Source: a virus
Length of the DNA stretch: 64,000 bases
Virus record (IMG/VR): IMGVR_UViG_3300023202_000034
Span: 1 to 64,000 of that record
Direction: 5' to 3' (one strand)
Of the stretch, positions 9,738 to 17,268 are shown one piece after another. The position numbers were made by a program, and so were the translations under genes. The first letter of the stretch is position 1; each line of letters begins with the position of its first letter. Under the pieces are notes generated by a model. That model did not search any database. It was not told the origin of the DNA and was given only the letters and a program-made list of their open reading frames with translations.

Positions 9738-10226
9738 TTATACAGTCAAAATCTCAGTTTTCTGAGGATTTAGTATATCGGTAGGAATAAAGGAGACTTC
9801 TTGTTTGAACTTCTCAAAGTTCTCTTCGGTACGTCGAAAACATTCAACAGACTCTGAGTAATACCCGTTTGATGTTCCATACCACCGGATAGTTACACCA
9901 CCTTTGGCAGTGTCAAACTTGTAGTAGGTCCAGGTATACGACTCATCTTCTTCTTCTGTTCTTGTGTGTGGAACAAGTAACGTGAATGCTTCATGGTAGT
10001 TGCTGACTTCTTCAGCATTAATTAACGGACTACCAATTAAGTCATCCAGGTCACCACAAATATCCTCGATTTCAACACACTCACAGCAATCTGGTTCGTG
10101 ATGTAAAAGAAAGGCCTGACCGTCTGTTGTAATAAATACGATTTGGTCACTATCATTTGATACATGAACTGACTTCAGGGTGAGTCCCTTCATAACATTC
10201 ACATCCACTTGGTCTTTATAATCCAT
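9738..10226 (-). CDS. Conserved phage hypothetical protein
   Basis: HEPDCCECV...WTYYKF.TAKG.VTIRWYGTSNGYYSE pattern common in phages. Confidence 0.75.
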   Translation of the reverse strand: MDYKDQVDVNVMKGLTLKSVHVSNDSDQIVFITTDGQAFLLHHEPDCCECVEIEDICGDLDDLIGSPLINAEEVSNYHEAFTLLVPHTRTEEEDESYTWTYYKFDTAKGGVTIRWYGTSNGYYSESVECFRRTEENFEKFKQEVSFIPTDILNPQKTEILTV

Positions 10227-10296
10227 AAAAGGGCTCCAATACTTGACTGACTCAAACCCAGGCGAAGCCTGGATCTGCTAAGAGTTCTCTAAAAGT

Positions 10297-10405
10297 GAAA
10301 AAGCTCAGCCACCTCTCGATTGAGAAGTGACTGAGCATCTGGGGTGGAATCAACTAAGGGGAGAAGTAAAAAAACGGTGACCAATCCCCTAAGGGACTGG
10401 CCACT
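10297..10405 (-). terminator. Two tandem intrinsic terminators closing the early region
   Basis: Hairpins GCTCAG...CTGAGC and GGTGACCA...TGGCCACT, each followed by a U tract on the minus strand. Confidence 0.6.
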
Positions 10406-10438
10406 CAATCATTCGGCGTCCGGAGGACGCCTTAACTT

Positions 10439-10636
10439 TTACTCTTTCTTTGCTTCAGGTCGATGCTCCCATAAGGTTATGGCCATTGAACGGCTATGAC
10501 CAACTGGCCCCGTTGCACTGCACTTATTGCACATTACGTGATGCTCACAGGTATTGGGGTCTACGTAAGACACTCTTAGATCGTCGCCGGTGCAGAACGG
10601 GCATGAGGTATTGGTAAACTTCGTAGTTTCAGGCAT
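10439..10636 (-). CDS. Lar-like zinc-binding restriction-alleviation protein
   Basis: CPFC...CNKCSATGP...AITLW pattern. Confidence 0.65.
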   Translation of the reverse strand: MPETTKFTNTSCPFCTGDDLRVSYVDPNTCEHHVMCNKCSATGPVGHSRSMAITLWEHRPEAKKE

Positions 10637-10642
10637 AAGTCC

Positions 10643-10827
10643 TCAAGAGAGTCCGTAGTTGGATTGACGAATCAAGTCTCCTAGAACGTCAGATCTTCTT
10701 ACATACTTCACAGGTTGACCATACAGCTGACTCAGGATATCCGAAAGGATTTCAGACTCAGCCAGTTCAGCCATGATTTCCTTATAGTGGAACCGGAGCT
10801 GGTTCATGTTGTTGGCGTGGCACTTAA
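10643..10827 (-). CDS. RNA polymerase II subunit 2 (N4 gp16-like), exon 2
   Basis: KCHANNMNQLRFHYKEIMAELAESEILSDIL...IRQSNYGLS; joined to exon 1 gives IHDEFKCH and 419 aa. Confidence 0.88.
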
Positions 10828-11126
10828 CATCAGTTAATCAGGACGCTACTCCTGACCTTACTTCCCGTGGTAAGTCTCAAACTTTCGTCTGAGTGTCGGA
10901 CTATATCTTCACCCTCGATTTCTCGGTGGGGTGCAAGGCGCTTCGGCCCTCGCTTGAGTGGCCTATGGACATTATTTACCCAGTGGGTATCTCGTCCTAG
11001 TCTCTACACCTTCCAACGTGTTACCACACTGGCTTGGCACGGGATTGGCTTAGGTGTTACCCCTTAGCGTCCCCCGTTTTCACCTCGTTTCATCAGCCTA
11101 TTACTAAGCTGCGGAGCCTAAGATTG
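10828..11126 (-). mobile_element. ORF-less group I intron (299 nt) in RNAP II subunit 2
   Basis: P1 GAGU/GCUC with U.G at the splice site; P4 AACGGGG/AAUCCCGUG; P7 AGACUA/AUAGUC; terminal G; frame restored on removal. Confidence 0.9.
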
Positions 11127-12201
11127 ACTCATCATGGATACACACAACAGGGAATGGCTTATGGCGTAGGCAGTCATTGACGACCTTGGCCAGTGCCTTC
11201 AGGTGATCAGAATCCAGTGCTTCCAGATCTGCGAAGGTCGCATCATCCAGAATCCGGATATCTGCCATCTTGCTGGTTTCATAACGGCCTTTGAGAATAG
11301 GTACCAGTTCCTTGGTAGTTGCACAGAACTGCTTCTGTTGGCTCTCACCAGTGGCACGTTCCAGTAAGATGATCTCAATGGATTTAGTAGCCCATTCCAT
11401 CAGGTGGCGATCGTAGTTGCATCGACGGATCAGACTCCGTAGGACATACGCATCTATGGAGTGGATAACATTTGCCACGTTGCTTAAGCCAGTCTCTTTA
11501 CCTACGTTCTCCTTGTATCTGTAAGTAAAGGTTGCGTGATCCAGTTCGTCCACTTCAATCCGCTTCTCTACCACATCCATGACTTTCACATGGGCATGGT
11601 AGTTGTCTGGCAGTACCCAGCTGTGAGACAGGGCATAGGGTTGCCAACTTTCCAGCAGATCTTGTAGTAGCTCACAAGCTCCCGGAGCCATTTTCCACAT
11701 GGCTTTGTAGAAGGCATTTAGCTCAGGAGTGTCCTCACCAAAGATCAGCTTTGGTTGTTCTTTGGAGCCATATAAAACCGTCATCGTCGCTTTCTTTACG
11801 TGATCACGCTCACTGGCAGGCAGGTGAGGTACCCACTTGCGCATGATGTTGGTGCACAGCGTGTAGGCATCAGCACGCTGGTTTGGGTTAACCAAGCCAG
11901 TAGCCTCTGCACCACTATGACAGCCTGTGGTAGCTGACATGATCTGCATCCCACTACACACCGCATCAAAGCCAACCATGTGGCCAGTAGGTTCCCCTCT
12001 CTGAGCCTTACGGATGGCCTGCACCGCCTTGAAGTACAGCGGACGTTCCTTCCACTTACCAGTACGGGCATGGCCCAACTGTTCCAATTGCTCAAGATTC
12101 TGTTCAGCCCACTCAATACGTGGTTCAAAGTTCTCTTTATCTAGTCCCCACTGGTTTGCTGCGTCAATCAACAAGTACTCATACCCTGTAAATTCTTGCA
12201 T
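11127..12201 (-). CDS. RNA polymerase II subunit 2 (N4 gp16-like), exon 1
   Basis: T7-like motifs A (GFDAVCSGMQ), B (RDHVKKATMTVLYG), ANVIHSIDA, and C (CIHDE). Confidence 0.92.
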
Positions 12202-12219
12202 GTCCTTGCTCCATGATGA

Positions 12220-12450
12220 TTATTGCGTGATTAAATCGAGTAGTAACAAGCGTTTAAGCTCGTCGTTGTAGGCTTGAATGGTGGCTTCTTTGGATACTCG
12301 CAGCTTCCAGTCGTCAGGTAACTGCTGCCCCTCCAGATTGGCTACCCAGACAGACAGTACAGCCACTGTTTTCGGATATTGCTTGAGGAATTGCGTTCGG
12401 TCTTGGTAGACCAGATTGAATACCTCCTGTTCTTCAGGTGATCTATCCAT
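12220..12450 (-). CDS. Hypothetical protein between the RNAP II subunits
   Basis: 76 aa; GGAG RBS; overlaps the upstream gene. Confidence 0.65.
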   Translation of the reverse strand: MDRSPEEQEVFNLVYQDRTQFLKQYPKTVAVLSVWVANLEGQQLPDDWKLRVSKEATIQAYNDELKRLLLLDLITQ

Positions 12451-12652
12451 TGCTGATCAGCTCCAACGTTTTGACGTATTTGATTCGATCTTCAAGCCAA
12501 AGGACTTGCCCTCGAATTTCTTGAACATCCCGATGATTGAAGAAACTGGTATCCATATCGTTGATGCAGCGTAACCTGCGTGCTTCTAACCACGCAGAAT
12601 CTCGCTGTAACCAAAAAGAAGGTATGTGTACTTCAGTTGGTTGGGACTCCAT
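12443..12652 (-). CDS. Hypothetical protein between the RNAP II subunits
   Basis: 69 aa from MESQPTEV; CAGGAG RBS inside the RNAP1 3' end. Confidence 0.6.
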   Translation of the reverse strand: MESQPTEVHIPSFWLQRDSAWLEARRLRCINDMDTSFFNHRDVQEIRGQVLWLEDRIKYVKTLELISNG

Positions 12653-13544
12653 CGACAATCTCCTGTTCAGCGAACTCCAGCATCGCTTTCTTGAACGCTG
12701 TGCCTTGCGTAGAGATGTGGTATCCCTGCGCGTACATCCGGCCTCGCTTGTCGTACTTGTGGGTGAGGTAAATCTCCCCTGTTTGCTTGGCAATCATCAG
12801 GTAAAACCGATAACTGGCAAGCTTGAAGTTCGTCCATTGTTTCTGTTTCTCAACAGTATCAATGTCAAACGTGGGTTCTTCTTCGATGGTACTGAGGAAG
12901 TTGGTATCAATGCGCAACGGTGTCTGGTTCTGCTTGTTCAGAACATCAAGGCACACGTCTTCGTTGTGGTGGTTTCGAGGGCCCAAGATCACACTGTCGT
13001 CGTGCGTCAGGTAGGCAGATTGCTTGTTCTTGGTCAGGTCTTTAGGACAGCACACCATGGGTGGCAGATACTGGGATTGCTGGATATACCCAATGAGCTT
13101 GCTGCTCAAAGGTATACGGCTCTCGATCATCAAACTGGCATCCACAGATGCTTTGGTGATATCAAAAACATCGGTCATGCACAGGACTGCCATGATCTCA
13201 GCAATGGTCTTGATACCATCTTCCCGGTCACTGAATTGCAGCCGGCCAGCCAGCTGTGCTGTCACACTGGTGAACAACTCAGGGTACTGACAGTAAGCAG
13301 AAGCAATGAAACACTGCATGACCAGATCTTCCAGATCCAGTTTCTGCAACTGAGCAAGTCTCTTCTCCTTGGATTCGTAATACGATTGCACCATCCAATG
13401 TTCAAGCCTGGCAACACCTTCAGCCAGCTTGTCCATCATCTCGGGATTCTCTTCAATCTCCTTGCGAATGTACTTGTCAATGAACTTACGGCTGAACGTG
13501 TATTCATTGACTAACTGAATATCAACAGGACTCATCATTCCCAT
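12633..13544 (-). CDS. RNA polymerase II subunit 1 (N4 gp15-like)
   Basis: YLPPMVCCP, THKYDKRGRMYAQGYHISTQG (T7-like DxRGRxY); GGAG RBS before 13544. Confidence 0.92.
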   Translation of the reverse strand: MGMMSPVDIQLVNEYTFSRKFIDKYIRKEIEENPEMMDKLAEGVARLEHWMVQSYYESKEKRLAQLQKLDLEDLVMQCFIASAYCQYPELFTSVTAQLAGRLQFSDREDGIKTIAEIMAVLCMTDVFDITKASVDASLMIESRIPLSSKLIGYIQQSQYLPPMVCCPKDLTKNKQSAYLTHDDSVILGPRNHHNEDVCLDVLNKQNQTPLRIDTNFLSTIEEEPTFDIDTVEKQKQWTNFKLASYRFYLMIAKQTGEIYLTHKYDKRGRMYAQGYHISTQGTAFKKAMLEFAEQEIVDGVPTN

Positions 13545-13607
13545 GGTTTCTCTCCGAATCAAAAAAGGGACAGAAGCGCCAGGATGGCGCCTCCGTACTG
13601 GAATGGC

Positions 13608-13898
13608 CTATTGCTGCACTTGGCTTGCAGCCCATGCAGCCGCACGTTCAAGCGTATGGCCATGACAGCGTTTAGGTGCACAGAAGCACACCAGATCCTT
13701 ACCATGCAGGGCTGCAAGGTCTTGGACACTGACGCTGCCACTATCAATCTGACTGACTAACATAGCCTCGTATTTCTCACAGACCTCGTCACGATCACCG
13801 TCCCGCCCAATCACAAAGGGGTTGCCCCAGCGGGAACCACGACCGATATAAATTGCGCCTTGCGGAATACCAGAGACGCGTTTATTTAAGACAGACAT
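13608..13898 (-). CDS. DUF4326-like protein
   Basis: YIGRGSRWGNPF...GKDLVCFCAPKRCHG. Confidence 0.85.
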   Translation of the reverse strand: MSVLNKRVSGIPQGAIYIGRGSRWGNPFVIGRDGDRDEVCEKYEAMLVSQIDSGSVSVQDLAALHGKDLVCFCAPKRCHGHTLERAAAWAASQVQQ

Positions 13899-13922
13899 AG
13901 GAAATCTCCACAGTTAATTGAT

Positions 13923-13946
13923 CCCACAGCAGCGGCCCATGGCCGC
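13923..13946 (-). promoter_or_regulatory. Putative vRNAP hairpin promoter 5
   Basis: Template strand CCCACAGCAGCGGCC-CAT-GGCCGC just upstream of the RBS of 13898. Confidence 0.75.
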
Positions 13947-13998
13947 ATGGCAGGGAGCAACAGGCACTGCCTGGGCAAGAGACGTATTCGGAAGGGAG

Positions 13999-14029
13999 AA
14001 AAACAACAGGCACCCCGAAGGGTGCCCGA
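13999..14029 (-). terminator. Intrinsic terminator
   Basis: GGCACCC-UUCG-GGGUGCC followed by a U-rich tail on the minus strand. Confidence 0.7.
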
Positions 14030-14037
14030 TGGGAAGA

Positions 14038-14370
14038 TTACTTCTTGGCGAGGAACGCCGGCTTGCGCTCAACTTTCTTGGTCACATCCACATAGGTGGA
14101 CGCTTCAGCCAGCGCTTGAAACAACGTCTTCAGGTTCTCAGGCTTCTCATCCAAGAACGCAATAACGTCCTTGTGATCTTCGTTGTCCAGCTTCAGCCAC
14201 GCGGTGGAGAGCTTGACGTTGAAGGTAGAACCATCTTCCTTCTGCATCTCCAAGTTGAAGTTGATCGCACGATCAGACTTCTCGAAATTGCCACGACCAT
14301 TGCCAGAAGACTTGCCATTGAAAGAAGCAACGTTGGTGTTTTCTTGCTGGGATTGCATCATAACTGCCAT
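14038..14370 (-). CDS. Early protein, possibly an N4 gp2/Drc-like ssDNA-binding activator of RNAP II
   Basis: 110 aa with its own hairpin promoter and terminator; INFNL...KLS...LK...IAFL...PEN pattern; position matches N4 gp2. Confidence 0.55.
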   Translation of the reverse strand: MAVMMQSQQENTNVASFNGKSSGNGRGNFEKSDRAINFNLEMQKEDGSTFNVKLSTAWLKLDNEDHKDVIAFLDEKPENLKTLFQALAEASTYVDVTKKVERKPAFLAKK

Positions 14371-14411
14371 GTTTAATACCTCGATATTGGTTTGAATTTG
14401 GACATAGGTAG

Positions 14412-14435
14412 TCCATACCAGCGGCCCTTGGCCGC
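14412..14435 (-). promoter_or_regulatory. Putative vRNAP hairpin promoter 4
   Basis: TCCATACCAGCGGCC-CTT-GGCCGC. Confidence 0.75.
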
Positions 14436-14468
14436 CAGTCAGTTCAGGTTTACACAGGGAAAGGTGTG

Positions 14469-14600
14469 CTAGTTACTGCCTACCGCAAGAACGGAGTCAC
14501 CACAGCACGGGCAATCACCCTCAGAGAGAACAAATATAGCATCGGTGTAATCCTCACGCCAAGAGCAGCCACAGGTTTGACAGGTGAATACATAAGTCAT
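14469..14600 (-). CDS. Small zinc-ribbon early protein (43 aa, not in the ORF track)
   Basis: MTYVFTCQTCGCSWREDYTDAIFVLSEGDCPCCGDSVLAVGSN; GGAG RBS; directly behind a hairpin promoter. Confidence 0.7.
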   Translation of the reverse strand: MTYVFTCQTCGCSWREDYTDAIFVLSEGDCPCCGDSVLAVGSN

Positions 14601-14628
14601 GGATATATCTCCGAGTATCGGGAACAGT

Positions 14629-14651
14629 CCCATGACAACGGCCTCTGGCCG
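14629..14651 (-). promoter_or_regulatory. Putative vRNAP hairpin promoter 3
   Basis: CCCATGACAACGGCC-TCT-GGCCG. Confidence 0.72.
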
Positions 14652-14807
14652 CTATGCACCAAAGCCGTGCATTATATGTAGACACCTACATGTTTCTTTT
14701 CATAAACGTAAAGCATTGTAAAACGTGCTAACTCATTGAAATGGCAATACCTCGAAAGAATGAATGAATGGGATTTGTGAGATATGTCTCACAAAGAGTG
14801 TCTGACA

Positions 14808-14835
14808 TAAAAAGACAGACCACCCGAAGGTGGTC
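14808..14835 (-). terminator. Intrinsic terminator
   Basis: GACCACC-UUCG-GGUGGUC then UGUCUUUUU. Confidence 0.7.
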
Positions 14836-15028
14836 AAAGTTTGGTCACACGAGACTTGGCATCCAGTACAGACTGGTTCAGCTGCCTCTGGAGCTTAAGC
14901 TCTTTCTGGTATTCACGACGTTCGATGTATGCACACACACAGAACACCACCAGACAGCCTACACCAAGGACTACTAAATCAGCGGGAGTGAGCCACCCCA
15001 AAGACAGGAGTGGCTTTGCTTCCCACAT
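14834..15028 (-). CDS. Small early membrane protein
   Basis: 64 aa with one hydrophobic segment; TGATG coupling to the upstream gene. Confidence 0.55.
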   Translation of the reverse strand: MWEAKPLLSLGWLTPADLVVLGVGCLVVFCVCAYIERREYQKELKLQRQLNQSVLDAKSRVTKL

Positions 15029-15213
15029 CAGCAGGTACCAAAGCGAGTAGGACGAACGTAGTCATAGGAGACTGCGTAATTGAGGTCGTCTGTCTCATGG
15101 GTCTCGTTGAAGTCTTCCAGTTCAACTCTCTCAAGATTGTTGATATGGAGGACTGCACCAGAATCATCAAGAATGGTGATGTGATAACGGAGTTCAGAAG
15201 TAGGATTTGCCAT
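15028..15213 (-). CDS. Small early protein
   Basis: MANPTSELRYH...; GGAG RBS; behind hairpin promoter 2. Confidence 0.6.
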   Translation of the reverse strand: MANPTSELRYHITILDDSGAVLHINNLERVELEDFNETHETDDLNYAVSYDYVRPTRFGTC

Positions 15214-15259
15214 GGGATAGTTCTCCACTAGGTATTGGTTGAATGAGAGAAGGTTTCTC

Positions 15260-15283
15260 TCCATCCCAGTGGCCTTTGGCCAC
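15260..15283 (-). promoter_or_regulatory. Putative vRNAP hairpin promoter 2
   Basis: TCCATCCCAGTGGCC-TTT-GGCCAC. Confidence 0.75.
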
Positions 15284-15517
15284 AAGAGTATCGGTAATGT
15301 ATGGCCATGCTTCGCATGACCTACTCAGCCTATCGGCTTCGTATCGGTACGAGGATTGAGAGAGTTAAGGTATCGGAATTGGAAATGGGAGATGAGATCA
15401 ACAGACCAAGCAGTGTATTCACTCAGATTTCCCTCACTCTTATTCTCATAAGGATCTGACTCATCCCCTCTTGTGCAGGGTGATAGGTACTAACTCCCCT
15501 TGTGTCATGTCTGTAGT

Positions 15518-15546
15518 AAAAAACTAGACTCCCCGAAGGGAGTCAG
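15518..15546 (-). terminator. Intrinsic terminator
   Basis: GACUCCC-UUCG-GGGAGUC-UAG-UUUUUU. Confidence 0.75.
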
Positions 15547-15549
15547 AGG

Positions 15550-15741
15550 TTAGCTGTTAGTCATCTCAGCTAGGCGCTTGGCACGCTCGTCTTCGAGGTC
15601 TGTGATGTAGGCATCAGTGGACTTCTTGACGAACTTACCGGTGGACTCGAATGCCTCAGCATACTCAGCTGTACCATTGGCAACAGCTGTTACTGAACGG
15701 AAGAGTGCAAGTACGAAGGTCTTGGTAGCAGTGCGGATCAT
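15550..15741 (-). CDS. First early protein (gp1-like)
   Basis: 63 aa; AGGAG RBS; own promoter and terminator. Confidence 0.7.
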   Translation of the reverse strand: MIRTATKTFVLALFRSVTAVANGTAEYAEAFESTGKFVKKSTDAYITDLEDERAKRLAEMTNS

Positions 15742-15765
15742 GGTGATCTCCTATGATTAATTGAT

Positions 15766-15788
15766 TCCACAACAGTGGCCTCTGGCCA
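15766..15788 (-). promoter_or_regulatory. Putative vRNAP hairpin promoter 1
   Basis: TCCACAACAGTGGCC-TCT-GGCCA. Confidence 0.75.
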
Positions 15789-16007
15789 TAGAGAGTGGGG
15801 TAGGGTCACAGGAAACTCAGATGTACTAGATAGGGGGGGGTAGTTTGGATTTGTGTCCGCCAGGCGTCAGTAATACGGTCGTACCCATTTTATGTTTTTT
15901 CATCATAAGTCTGATCATTTTTTAACCAGTTCAATTTGAAATAAATATGCAATTCTCCCTGGTCTTTTATTTAATCAATCTCGTTACTTACTTATTACGA
16001 GGTTGTT

Positions 16008-16463
16008 ATGGATGGGTTGTTGAAATTAGCGCGGTTTGATCGACTGGATGAAGGAGTATTTGGGAAGTTAATCTTTCCTGATGGTTGGTGGTGTTATACC
16101 GTTGAACGCCCTTGGTTGGATAATAAACCAATGGTCTCTTGTATTCCTGATGGTGTTTACTTTCTTGGTTTGAGATATTCTCCTACAGTGCAGCGGATTA
16201 CCCGTGGCCGTTATAGCGAAGGATGGGAGATTCAAGATGTACCTGGTCGATCTTTTATTATGGTTCACCCCGCTAATTGGCCTACTGATCTTAATGGTTG
16301 CGTTGGTGTTGGTAAGGATTACACTGAGCTGCAAGGCAGGGATGGTAAGCTTCATAAGGCTGTTACAGAGAGTCAGTCAACGTTTGATGAAGTAATGCGC
16401 CGATTGGAAGAGCGTAGCTCCTGGGAATTGGATATTTATACGGAAGTGGTTGAGTATCCGTAA
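16008..16463 (+). CDS. DUF5675-like protein, candidate cell-wall peptidase/endolysin
   Basis: CYTVERPW...SCIPDGVY...VPGRSFIMVHPAN...GCVGVG. Confidence 0.7.
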   Translation: MDGLLKLARFDRLDEGVFGKLIFPDGWWCYTVERPWLDNKPMVSCIPDGVYFLGLRYSPTVQRITRGRYSEGWEIQDVPGRSFIMVHPANWPTDLNGCVGVGKDYTELQGRDGKLHKAVTESQSTFDEVMRRLEERSSWELDIYTEVVEYP

Positions 16464-16485
16464 GTGTGTTTATTGGTTTCTGTAT

Positions 16486-16511
16486 GAGCCCCTTATTTAG
16501 GGGCTTTTTTA
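16486..16511 (+). terminator. Intrinsic terminator
   Basis: AGCCCCT-TATTT-AGGGGCT followed by a T tract. Confidence 0.75.
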
Positions 16512-16575
16512 TTTATGCAAACCAGATAAGAAATCAATATAGTCGGTGCATATTGTTTCTATTTGGAGCTGCATT

Positions 16576-17268
16576 GTGGATGCCTTAACCATTGATCAGT
16601 TTAAGCAGGCCCTTCCTGCAAATCTGAAGAAGTCGGTTAACCAAGAGTTGATCGATCAGATTAATACCAAGCTGAATAACCCTGATATGTATGAGACCTA
16701 CCGGGATAATCTCCTGGGGTATGTGCATGTGATGAAGGAGGGGAAGTTCAAGGTCTCCAGTTATATTGATGCGGTGAAGTACGTCAGTTTTAAGCTGATG
16801 GGTAAAACCAACATCGATGCATTCTCAGTTACTTTCCCCGACAAGATTGCCAAGTGGCAAGCCAACGGTGTGGCCAGTAAGGATATTGCCTCCTATGTCA
16901 CGGCGTACAACAAGTCGAAGCTGGTCAATCTGATCTATGAGCAGACCCTGACCCCTTTCTGGGTGTTGAACCAGGATATCTACCAACGGGCTATCAATAC
17001 ACAGTGTGAGCTGATGGAGCATGCACAGAGTGAATTGGTACGTACCCAGGCTGCGAATTCTCTGCTTACCCAGTTGAAGCCGCCCGAAACCCGGAAGGTT
17101 GAACTGGATATTGGTATGAAGGCCGATAGCTCCATTGATGCCCTACGTGCCGCTACCCAGGCCCTGGCTGAGCAACAACGGGAGATGATTCAGAACGGTG
17201 GCATGAATGCTCAGGAAGTGGCCCACAGCGGGATCTTGATTGAAGAAGGTGAGGTTGTAAATGAGTGA
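16576..17268 (+). CDS. N4 gp69-like protein (putative terminase small subunit)
   Basis: GTG start after GGAG; directly upstream of and overlapping TerL. Confidence 0.75.
   Translation: MDALTIDQFKQALPANLKKSVNQELIDQINTKLNNPDMYETYRDNLLGYVHVMKEGKFKVSSYIDAVKYVSFKLMGKTNIDAFSVTFPDKIAKWQANGVASKDIASYVTAYNKSKLVNLIYEQTLTPFWVLNQDIYQRAINTQCELMEHAQSELVRTQAANSLLTQLKPPETRKVELDIGMKADSSIDALRAATQALAEQQREMIQNGGMNAQEVAHSGILIEEGEVVNE

Noticed and set aside
13923-15788. GGCC-N3-GGCC repeats as a CRISPR-like array
   Set aside because: Spacing is irregular at hundreds of bases, each copy precedes a gene, and there are no cas genes.
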